NCBI GenBank assembly: GCA_035400585.1
Contig: DAOMZR010000001.1
Location: forward strand, 127,347 to 191,346
Source: a bacterium
GTDB taxonomy: Bacteria > Patescibacteriota > Patescibacteriia > Patescibacteriales > UBA12465
DNA: 64,000 nucleotides
Reading direction: 5' to 3'
Shown: positions 9,077-16,904 of the stretch, one piece after another
Position numbering within the stretch: the stretch's first letter is position 1
Layout: every line of letters begins with the position of its first letter
Translations under genes and position numbers: made by a program
The notes under the pieces: model-generated
Told to the model about the DNA's origin: nothing
Seen by the model: the letters and a program-made list of their open reading frames with translations, nothing else
Database searches by the model: none

Positions 9077-10231
9077 ATGGCTAATATTTATTTAGATAAT
9101 GCTGCCACTACCAAAATAGATAAAAGAGTACTAAAAAAAATGATGCCTTATTTTGAAAATAAATATGGTAATGCTTCTTCGATACATTTTATGGGTCAGG
9201 AAAATGATTTAAAAATTGCTGAATGTAAAAAAGAAATAGCTAAAATTATAAATGGAAATCAAAATAATATAGTTTTTACTTCTAGCGCTACTGAAGCCAA
9301 TAATTTGATAATCAAAGGGGTGATGAGGGCTAATCGTGATAAGGGTAATCATTTTTTGATATCAGCCATTGAACACCCTTGTGTTTTGTCTTCAGCTCGA
9401 GAACTTTTAGATGAAGGCTTTAAATTTGACTATATTCCAGTTGATAAGAATGGGGTGGTAATTTTAGATGAATTAAAGAAAAGAATAAAGCCGGAAACAG
9501 TGCTTATTTCTGTTATGGCTGTTAACAATGAAATAGGCTCTATTCAACCAATAATTGAAATCGGTAAAATTGCTAAAGAAAAAAATATTTATTTTCACAC
9601 TGATGCCGTTCAGGCAGTGCCATATTTGAAAATTGACATCAAAAAATGGCAAGCAGATTTTTTAAGTTTGTCAGCTCATAAATTTTATGGACCTCAGGGA
9701 GTTGGTTTAGCTTATGTAAACAAAAACATAAAAATAAGACCAATCATTGTTGGTGGCGGACAAGAAGATGGGCTAAGATCGGGAACTTATAACATGGCCG
9801 GAATTGTTGGTTTAACCGAAGCTTTTAAGTTGGCCTATAAAGAAAGAGATAATTATCTAAAAGAAGTAAGGGAAATTAGAGATTATTTTTGGAAAGAATT
9901 AAAGAAAAATATTAAAAGCATTAGAATAAATGGAGATTTGAAATACAAAACACCTAATAGCTTAAATATTATGTTTGAAGGAATAGAAGGGGAGGCAATT
10001 TTAATTGATTTATCACTCAAAGGAATTCATGTTTCAACCGGTTCAGCTTGTTCTGCTCAAAACTTGAGAGTTTCTTCGGTTATCAAAGCTATTGGAGTAA
10101 GTGATGAATATATGAATAGTAATATTCGTTTTACTTTTGGCAGATATAATAAGAAAAAAGAAGTAGATCAAGTTGTGAAAGAATTAGTGAAAACGGTTGA
10201 GCGCCTTAGACAGTTTAGTTCTATAAAATAA
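9077..10231 (+). CDS. nifS: cysteine desulfurase (NifS/IscS class)
   Basis: PLP lysine motif SAHKFYGPQG and catalytic loop STGSACSA. Confidence 0.9.
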   Translation: MANIYLDNAATTKIDKRVLKKMMPYFENKYGNASSIHFMGQENDLKIAECKKEIAKIINGNQNNIVFTSSATEANNLIIKGVMRANRDKGNHFLISAIEHPCVLSSARELLDEGFKFDYIPVDKNGVVILDELKKRIKPETVLISVMAVNNEIGSIQPIIEIGKIAKEKNIYFHTDAVQAVPYLKIDIKKWQADFLSLSAHKFYGPQGVGLAYVNKNIKIRPIIVGGGQEDGLRSGTYNMAGIVGLTEAFKLAYKERDNYLKEVREIRDYFWKELKKNIKSIRINGDLKYKTPNSLNIMFEGIEGEAILIDLSLKGIHVSTGSACSAQNLRVSSVIKAIGVSDEYMNSNIRFTFGRYNKKKEVDQVVKELVKTVERLRQFSSIK

Positions 10232-10415
10232 AAAAAGGGATTGCTGATGTTTTAGCAATCCCAGTGAGTGGATTTCTTTTTTGTTGAATGAATTTTTGTG
10301 AACCCTAAAATTTGCCTATGAAATGAAATTTGTTGTTGTAAAAATAAAAACCTATATCATGGAACAAACAACGAACCACTTGGTTTAAGAATTTTAAAAC
10401 AAAACCACTCACTTT
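10230..10415 (-). ncRNA. candidate ~185-nt small RNA of unknown family, antisense to the nifS-nifU spacer
   Basis: On the minus strand: -35 TTGACA (10449-10444), 16-nt spacer, extended -10 TGTTAAACT (10430-10422). A 9-bp GC-rich hairpin (10262-10254/10245-10237) is followed by 7 U only in the minus orientation. A 9-bp closing helix pairs 10413-10405 with 10271-10263. Confidence 0.45.
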
Positions 10416-10477
10416 AATCTAAGTTTAACACATAATAATATTTTGTCAAATAAAATTTATAAATTAATTAAAAAAAT

Positions 10478-10930
10478 ATGTCATTGAATTATAGTAAAAA
10501 AACTTTAAAACATTTTCGTCAACCGAAAAATATTGGTGAAATAAAGAATCCGGACGCCGTAGCTGAGGTTGGAAATATGGTTTGTGGCGATCAATTGTTT
10601 TTTAGTTTAAAAGTTAAAGATGAAAAAATAAAAGATATAAAATTTTTATCTTTTGGTTGCGCTTCTAATATTGCTACCGCTTCTGTTATGACCGAGATGG
10701 TGAAGGGGAAAACATTAAAAGAAGCTAAAAACTTTGATTGGAATAAAATTGTTTCCGAGCTTAATGGTTTGCCCAAGCAAAAGATTCATTGCTCCGTTTT
10801 GGCTGTAGAGGGTTTAAAAAAGGTTATTTCTGAATATGAAAAGAAAAGTGAAAAATCTAATAAAATTAAAGAAAAAAATGATAAATCTTTGGCGGGCAAA
10901 GTTAAAAAGGGTAAGATATTAAAAAAATAA
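10478..10930 (+). CDS. nifU: IscU/NifU-type Fe-S scaffold protein
   Basis: Three scaffold cysteines in MVCGD, SFGCASNIATAS and IHCSVLA. Confidence 0.9.
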   Translation: MSLNYSKKTLKHFRQPKNIGEIKNPDAVAEVGNMVCGDQLFFSLKVKDEKIKDIKFLSFGCASNIATASVMTEMVKGKTLKEAKNFDWNKIVSELNGLPKQKIHCSVLAVEGLKKVISEYEKKSEKSNKIKEKNDKSLAGKVKKGKILKK

Positions 10931-10939
10931 AAATCATTT

Positions 10940-11710
10940 ATGGTTAATGTTTATATAATTATTGCTTCATTTATCACCTCCTTGTTTTCTCTGGTTGGTG
11001 TTTTTTTCTTGAGTTTATCTCTCGATAAATTAAAAAAAATTGTCATGTTTTTGGTTAGTTTATCGGCTGGAGCTCTTTTGGGCGATGCTTTTTTGCACTT
11101 ACTTCCCGAAATTATAGAAAAATCCCATCAAGAATCAGGCTACGGACATAATGAGTTTGTTTGGTTCGGGGTTTTGGGGGGTATTATTTTGTTTTTTATA
11201 TTAGAAAAAATAATACATTGGAGACACTGTCATATTCCAACATCAAGCGAGCACATTCATCCCGTTGGTAAAATGAATTTAATTGGTGATGCTTTGCATA
11301 ATTTAATAGATGGAATGGTTATTGCCGGTGCTTTTTTATTGGATGTTAATTTAGGTATAATCACTACCATCGCCGTTATTAGTCATGAAATACCTCAGGA
11401 AATAGGTGATTTTGGAGTTTTAATTCATGCTGGCTATAAAATAAAAAAAGCTTTATTTTTTAATTTTGTTTCAGGATTATTTTCTTTATTGGGCGCACTA
11501 CTAGCAATAGCCTTTAATTTTTATTCGGAAAGTTTTATAGACTTTATAATTCCAATAACTGCCGGAGGATTTATTTATATTGCCTCTTCTGATCTTATTC
11601 CAGAACTGAAAAAAGAATGCTCTATGCGTAAAACTTTAGGACAGTTAGGTGGAATTTTTCTTGGTTTAGGTTTTATGATTTTAATAAAACTTTTATTTCA
11701 TTTTGATTAA
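10940..11710 (+). CDS. ZIP family divalent metal (zinc) transporter
   Basis: Polytopic protein with HEIPQEIGDFGVL and an LHNLIDG motif. Confidence 0.85.
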   Translation: MVNVYIIIASFITSLFSLVGVFFLSLSLDKLKKIVMFLVSLSAGALLGDAFLHLLPEIIEKSHQESGYGHNEFVWFGVLGGIILFFILEKIIHWRHCHIPTSSEHIHPVGKMNLIGDALHNLIDGMVIAGAFLLDVNLGIITTIAVISHEIPQEIGDFGVLIHAGYKIKKALFFNFVSGLFSLLGALLAIAFNFYSESFIDFIIPITAGGFIYIASSDLIPELKKECSMRKTLGQLGGIFLGLGFMILIKLLFHFD

Positions 11711-11720
11711 TTTATTTTAA

Positions 11721-12821
11721 ATGCTGGGAAGAATCAAAGAACATTTTTTGAAATTTGATTGGATTATTTTTTCCGGTGTTTTTTTGTTGTCACTTTTTGG
11801 TTTGATAGAAATTTATAGCATAGCCTTGGGACAGGAAACAGTTAGTCTAATAAATTTTAAAAAGCAAATCTTCTATATTTTTTTTGGTGTTTTTTTGCTT
11901 TTGGCGATGTCTTTTGTTGATTATAGCTTAATTAAAAGTCTTAATAAATATATTTATATTTTTGGTATTTTAATGTTGGTAGCTGTTTTGTTTTTAGGAA
12001 AGACTGTTAGGGGAACAACCGGCTGGTTTGACATTTTTGGTTTCAGTTTGCAGCCAGTAGAATTTGTTAAAATTATTCTCATAATTTTTTTGTCTAGTTT
12101 TTTTTCTAATTCCGCTTTTAAAAGTCGTCCTTTTAAAATACTGGTTGTTTCGTTCTTAGGAACCTTTGGTTTGGTTTTTTTAGTTTTGCTTCAACCAGAC
12201 TTTGGTCCTTCAATGATTATGTTGGCTCTCTGGTTTTTAATGTTGATTTTGGCCGGTATGGATAAGAAATATTTATTATTAATTATTATTCCTTCTTTTT
12301 TATTAGCCTTTTTTTCTTGGAATTTTTATTTAAAAGATTATCAAAAAAATAGAATATTGACACTTCTTAGTCCGACAGCGGATTCTTTGGGTGAGGGCTA
12401 TAATGTTTCTCAGGCCTTAATTGCTGTTGGTTCTGGTGGAATTACTGGTCGTGGTGTTGGCTTTGGTTCTCAATCTCAATTAAAGTTTTTACCAGAAGCT
12501 CAAAATGATTTTATTTTTTCCGTTATTTCGGAAGAATTAGGTTTTTTAGGTGCTGGCTTAGTTCTTCTTATTTATTTTGTTTTATTTGCCAGATTGTTGG
12601 TTTTGACTAGAAAAATGAATGATGATTTTGCCATTTTTTTCATTTTGGGGTCTATGGTCTTGATTTTTATTCAAATGTTTATTAATATTGGTATGAATAT
12701 CGGAATAGTGCCAGTTGTTGGCATCTCACTTCCGTTTGTTAGCTATGGTGGTAGTGCTACTTTAGCTAGTTTTATTTTGATAGGAATGGTACAAAATATT
12801 ATTGTTAGTTCCAAATCATAA
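11721..12821 (+). CDS. FtsW/RodA/SpoVE (SEDS) family protein
   Basis: About 10 TM segments. LQPDFGPSMI, SQLKFLPEAQNDFIFSVISEELGF and GISLPFVSYGGSA. Confidence 0.9.
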   Translation: MLGRIKEHFLKFDWIIFSGVFLLSLFGLIEIYSIALGQETVSLINFKKQIFYIFFGVFLLLAMSFVDYSLIKSLNKYIYIFGILMLVAVLFLGKTVRGTTGWFDIFGFSLQPVEFVKIILIIFLSSFFSNSAFKSRPFKILVVSFLGTFGLVFLVLLQPDFGPSMIMLALWFLMLILAGMDKKYLLLIIIPSFLLAFFSWNFYLKDYQKNRILTLLSPTADSLGEGYNVSQALIAVGSGGITGRGVGFGSQSQLKFLPEAQNDFIFSVISEELGFLGAGLVLLIYFVLFARLLVLTRKMNDDFAIFFILGSMVLIFIQMFINIGMNIGIVPVVGISLPFVSYGGSATLASFILIGMVQNIIVSSKS

Positions 12822-12878
12822 TAATTAATAAAGAAATTAAAAGCTAGTAATTTAAGCTTTTATATTAAATTAAAATAT

Positions 12879-13496
12879 ATGGAAATTAAACTAAACGCAG
12901 AAAAAAGAGAAAAAGGCGAAAAGTTAGGCAAAGATTTTATTGCTGCCGTACTTTATGGCTTGGGTGTTGAAAACAAACTTTTAAAAATTAAAACTAATGA
13001 TTTTATAAAAGTTTATTCTTTGGCTGGTGAATCTAATTTAATAAAATTAGATTTTGATGGTCAAGCAAAAAATGTTTTAGTTAAAGATATTCAAAAAGAT
13101 CCAGTAAAAAATTTTGTTATTCATGTTGATTTTTATCAAGTTGATATGAGTAGAACTGTTACTGCTGAAATTCCATTTGAATTTGTTGGAGAATCAAAAG
13201 CTATTAAAGAATTGGGAGGTATGCTTATTAAGAGTTTGAGTGAATTATCAGTTGAATGTTTGCCTGGTGATTTGGTTGATCACATTGATGTTGATATTTC
13301 TTCCATTCAGGAATTAGGACAAGCAATCCATGTTAAAGACATTCAAGTCCCTAAAGGATTTAAAGTTCTTAATCATTTAGATGATCCAGTCGCAACTGTT
13401 GTTGAGCCAAAAGAAGAAAAAATAGAGACAACTGAAGTTAAGCCAGCTGAAACTGCTGCCGCCCCAGAAAAGAAGGACGAAAAATCAGCTCAATAA
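12879..13496 (+). CDS. rplY: ribosomal protein L25/Ctc form
   Basis: L25 N-domain plus Ctc C-domain pattern (LKIKTNDF..., VIHVDFYQV) and an acidic tail. Confidence 0.9.
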   Translation: MEIKLNAEKREKGEKLGKDFIAAVLYGLGVENKLLKIKTNDFIKVYSLAGESNLIKLDFDGQAKNVLVKDIQKDPVKNFVIHVDFYQVDMSRTVTAEIPFEFVGESKAIKELGGMLIKSLSELSVECLPGDLVDHIDVDISSIQELGQAIHVKDIQVPKGFKVLNHLDDPVATVVEPKEEKIETTEVKPAETAAAPEKKDEKSAQ

Positions 13497-13517
13497 TTTT
13501 AAACTAAAAAACAAAAT

Positions 13518-15596
13518 ATGCTAAGATTTAACGGCAAACAGAAGATGATCGCCTTGTTCTTAGCATTTTTTTTGTTTTTACCTAATTTACGTTTTGTTCA
13601 AGCTCAGGATTTTTCTTTACCAAATGATGATTATTATAATAATCAATGGTATCTAAAAAAAATAGGAGCTAATTATACTTGGGTTTATTCTCTTCGAGGA
13701 GAAAAACCAATAATAGCGGTTATTGATTCTGGCGTGGACATTGATCATCCGGATTTATATAATAATATTTGGGTAAATAAGGGCGAAATTAATAATAATG
13801 GTTTAGACGATGATAAAAATGGTTTTATCGACGATCTTTATGGTTGGAATTTTGTTGAAAATACATCTGATCCTAGACCAAGATTAATTCCAACAGCAAA
13901 TGATGATGGATTAAACCACGGTACAATGATATCTGGCATCATAGCCGCTGAAACTAGTAATGATTTAGGAATAAGTGGCATAGCTAATAAATCAAAAATA
14001 ATGGTACTAAGAGCTTTGGATGAAAAAGGAGAGGGTAAAATTAATGATGTAATTAGGGCTATTGATTATGCCACAAATAATGGAGCTAGTATAATTAATT
14101 TAAGCTTCTCTGGCGAAAATTATAATCAGGGATTTGAAGATGCGATTAGAAGAGCTAATAGGGCCGGAGTTATTATTGTTTCTGCAGTTGGTAATAGTGG
14201 TTTTAATTTAAATAAAAATTCAAGTTATCCGGCTTGTTTTGATTCTTATAATTCGTCTAATTCGTCAAATGCTGTAATTGGTGTAGCTGCTTTAGATACC
14301 ATGGATCAAAAAGCTAGTTTTTCTTCTTATGGGTCGAGATGCGTTGATATTTCTGCTCCTGGAATTAGTTTTTTTTCAACTTCTTTTTATGATTCAGAAA
14401 ATAAAAAATATTCCGAATATCAAGGCTATTGGTCTGGAACATCTATGGCTTCGGCTGTTATAAGCGGAACCTTGGGTTTAATAAAACAAGTTAATCCGAA
14501 ATTAAATCAAAAAGAATTATTGGAAATTTTATTTAAAAGTTCTGACGATATTAATCTTCTTAACCAACCCTACGAAAATCAATTGGGCGTTGGAAGGGTT
14601 AATACTTTTAGTTCTGTTAGATGGGCTGATGAAAAATGGCAGAATTTATCAGGAATGTTTCTAATTTATCCACAAGGAGAGGTTAAAACTTATCAATCAG
14701 AAAAAAATATTTATACTTTAAAATTAAGCGATCGTCGAGGAGTTAGTCTTGGTGGCTTTGATGTTTATGATGATTTATTTCACGGAGGAGTGAATTTGGC
14801 AACTGGCGACATTGATGGCGATGGAATATCTGAAATATTTACTGGAGCAGGAGTTGGTGGAGGGCCACACGTTAGAATTTTTGATATTAAAGGAAATCTT
14901 AAAGGTCAATTTTTTGCTTATTCTCAAAATTTTAGAGGTGGTGTTAACGTTGCAGTTGGCGACATTGATGGCGATGGAATATCTGAAATAGTTACTGGAG
15001 CAGGAGTTGGTGGAGGGCCACACGTTAGAATTTTTGATATTAAAGGAAATCTTAAAGGTCAATTTTTTGCTTATTCTCAAAATTTTAGAGGTGGTGTTAA
15101 CGTTGCAGTTGGCGACATTGATGGCGATGGAATATCTGAAATAGTTACTGGAGCAGGAGTTGGTGGAGGGCCACACGTTAGAATTTTTGACAATCAAGCC
15201 AATCTTAAAGGTCAATTTTTTGCTTATGAAGGAAATTTTTATGGTGGAATAAAAGTAGCTGTAGCTAATATTTATGGGCAAGATACAAAAACAAAAAAAG
15301 AAATTATTATTTCACCTGGAGCTGGTAGATTACCAGAAATAAAAATTTTTGATAGTTTTGGCAAAGAAAGAAAAAAGATAATGGCTTATTCTGATAAGTT
15401 TAAGGGTGGTGTTAATTTATCAATTGGTGATTTAGACAAAGATGGTTTAGATGAGATAATATGTGGAGCTGGTCCAGGTGGCGCTCCACACATTAGAGCT
15501 TTTAATTTTAAAGGTGATTTAGTGGCTTCTTTTTATGCTTTAGATGAAAATTTTTCAGGAGGCGTTTCAGTTTCTTATATCGAAACCTATAATTGA
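13518..15596 (+). CDS. secreted subtilisin-like (S8) serine protease fused to an FG-GAP/VCBS-type repeat propeller
   Basis: Signal peptide. Catalytic triad contexts VIDSGVDIDHPDL, HGTMISGIIAA and GTSMASAVISG. The C-terminus carries at least 5 repeats of GDIDGDG...GGGPHVRIFD. Confidence 0.85.
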   Translation: MLRFNGKQKMIALFLAFFLFLPNLRFVQAQDFSLPNDDYYNNQWYLKKIGANYTWVYSLRGEKPIIAVIDSGVDIDHPDLYNNIWVNKGEINNNGLDDDKNGFIDDLYGWNFVENTSDPRPRLIPTANDDGLNHGTMISGIIAAETSNDLGISGIANKSKIMVLRALDEKGEGKINDVIRAIDYATNNGASIINLSFSGENYNQGFEDAIRRANRAGVIIVSAVGNSGFNLNKNSSYPACFDSYNSSNSSNAVIGVAALDTMDQKASFSSYGSRCVDISAPGISFFSTSFYDSENKKYSEYQGYWSGTSMASAVISGTLGLIKQVNPKLNQKELLEILFKSSDDINLLNQPYENQLGVGRVNTFSSVRWADEKWQNLSGMFLIYPQGEVKTYQSEKNIYTLKLSDRRGVSLGGFDVYDDLFHGGVNLATGDIDGDGISEIFTGAGVGGGPHVRIFDIKGNLKGQFFAYSQNFRGGVNVAVGDIDGDGISEIVTGAGVGGGPHVRIFDIKGNLKGQFFAYSQNFRGGVNVAVGDIDGDGISEIVTGAGVGGGPHVRIFDNQANLKGQFFAYEGNFYGGIKVAVANIYGQDTKTKKEIIISPGAGRLPEIKIFDSFGKERKKIMAYSDKFKGGVNLSIGDLDKDGLDEIICGAGPGGAPHIRAFNFKGDLVASFYALDENFSGGVSVSYIETYN
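14805..15227 (+). repeat. in-frame 153-nt tandem repeat (about 2.8 copies, near-identical) encoding FG-GAP blades
   Basis: ggcgacattgatggcgatgg recurs at 14805, 14958 and 15111. Copies 1 and 2 differ at one base (t/g, giving F/V). Copy 3 is identical for 80 nt and then again for 27 nt. Confidence 0.95.
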
Positions 15597-15649
15597 TTTA
15601 GTCTTTAAAAAGAAGTATAATTAAATTAGATTATAATTAATATTTTTTT

Positions 15650-16666
15650 ATGTCCCCAGTAATTTTTGATAAAAGGAATGTATTAATTTTAGGTGGTGCC
15701 GGATTTATCGGATCGAATCTGTGTGATGAACTTATTAAAGATAATAAGGTTATTTGTGTTGATAATTTTTGTAGTAGTAATGCCAAAAACATTGAACATC
15801 TTTTATCTAATCCAGATTTTGTTTTTATAAATCATGACATGAGTCAGGAGTTAGATTTAGAAAGCAGACCAGAGCTTAATAAGTTTAAAATATCATTTCA
15901 AGGGGTTCAGGAAATTTATAATCTTGCTTGTCCAATGTCTCCCAAAAATTTTTCTCAGAATAAGCAGAGAATATTGTTGTCCAATTCATTGGTTGTTAAA
16001 AATGCCTTAGATATAGCTTTAAAATATAAATCAAGTTTTTTGCAATTTTCTTCTTCGGTTGTTTATGGTCTTAGAGAAAATAATTTAGACAAAAACAAAG
16101 TTAAAGAAGAATATGTTGGCAGTGTTGATTTTTTAAGTGAAAGGGCTTGTTATGATGAAGGCAAAAGATTTGCCGAAACAATGGTAAATACTTATAGAGA
16201 AATGTTTAATCTTGATACAAAAATTATTAGAGTATTTAGAACTTATGGTCCAAGAATGGCCTTAAGAGATGATCAAATGTTGCCAGATTTTGTTAATAAT
16301 GCTTTGAACGGAGATGATATAGTTATTTTTGGTGATCAAAATTTTTCGTCTTCTTTGTGCTATGTTGATGATATTATTGATGGAGCTGTCAAAGTCATGA
16401 GGTCTGATTTTTATGGACCTTATAATGTTGGCTGTGAATCTGATACTAAGTTATATGACGTTGCTAAAGCAATTATTGATATAACTGGATCTAAATCAAA
16501 AATAGTTTTCGAACAGGGAAAATTATTTATGTCTCAATTATTTATTCCAGATACTTATAAAATTAGAAATGATTTAGGTTGGATGCCGGTAGTAACTCTA
16601 GAGAACGGATTGAAAAAAACAGTGCTTGATTTACAGGCTAACAAACAAATGAGAACGATTGGGTAA
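15650..16666 (+). CDS. NAD-dependent sugar-nucleotide epimerase/dehydratase (UDP-glucuronate decarboxylase-like SDR)
   Basis: GGAGFIGSNL Rossmann motif and the YDEGKR catalytic YxxxK. The overall layout resembles UXS. Confidence 0.8.
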   Translation: MSPVIFDKRNVLILGGAGFIGSNLCDELIKDNKVICVDNFCSSNAKNIEHLLSNPDFVFINHDMSQELDLESRPELNKFKISFQGVQEIYNLACPMSPKNFSQNKQRILLSNSLVVKNALDIALKYKSSFLQFSSSVVYGLRENNLDKNKVKEEYVGSVDFLSERACYDEGKRFAETMVNTYREMFNLDTKIIRVFRTYGPRMALRDDQMLPDFVNNALNGDDIVIFGDQNFSSSLCYVDDIIDGAVKVMRSDFYGPYNVGCESDTKLYDVAKAIIDITGSKSKIVFEQGKLFMSQLFIPDTYKIRNDLGWMPVVTLENGLKKTVLDLQANKQMRTIG

Positions 16667-16667
16667 T

Positions 16668-16696
16668 TTGCTTTTTAAATTAAATTGTTATATAAT
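16668..16696 (+). promoter_or_regulatory. sigma70-type promoter for the thrS leader
   Basis: TTGCTT (16668-16673), 17-nt spacer, TATAAT (16691-16696). Confidence 0.55.
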
Positions 16697-16702
16697 AATG
16701 TT

Positions 16703-16887
16703 GTTAGTTAAAACGATTGCCGTGGCTACCAACCACAGTTGTTTCTAGACAATTTTTACTTTAGTAAAAACTAAGTTTTGATTAATAAAAATTAAGTGGC
16801 CTCTATAGAGGAAACTAGATGGAACCGCGGGAGAAATCTCGTTCTAGTGCGTACACTTTGGTGTATTTATTAGAACGAGATTTTTTT
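16703..16887 (+). promoter_or_regulatory. T-box-like leader (Thr) with terminator/antiterminator
   Basis: The core aaacuagaUGGAaccgcgg (16812-16830) matches the T-box consensus AAnnnGGGUGGnACCGCG, apart from one change in the GGUGG part. A 13-bp perfect terminator stem (16834-16846/16871-16883) is followed by a U-run. ucuag within the terminator's 5' arm can instead pair with cuaga at 16815-16819. Thr codons followed by a purine occur at 16728-16731 (ACCA) and 16770-16773 (ACUA). Confidence 0.65.
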
Positions 16888-16904
16888 ATTATTAAACTAA
16901 ATAT

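Noticed and set aside
10237-10262. Hairpin after nifS read as the nifS terminator
   Set aside because: On the plus strand it is preceded rather than followed by the homopolymer run. The U-tract exists only in the minus orientation, which favours a minus-strand transcript. It may still pause plus-strand transcription.
14666-14674. Perfect DnaA-box consensus TTATCCACA
   Set aside because: It is a single occurrence inside the protease coding sequence, with no cluster of boxes or AT-rich unwinding element nearby. It is not evidence for an origin.
14775-15281. 168-aa minus-strand ORF with an internally repeated sequence
   Set aside because: It is the antisense shadow of the stop-free 153-nt tandem repeats inside the S8 protease gene. 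The plus-strand frame carries clear FG-GAP motifs and is continuous with the catalytic domain.
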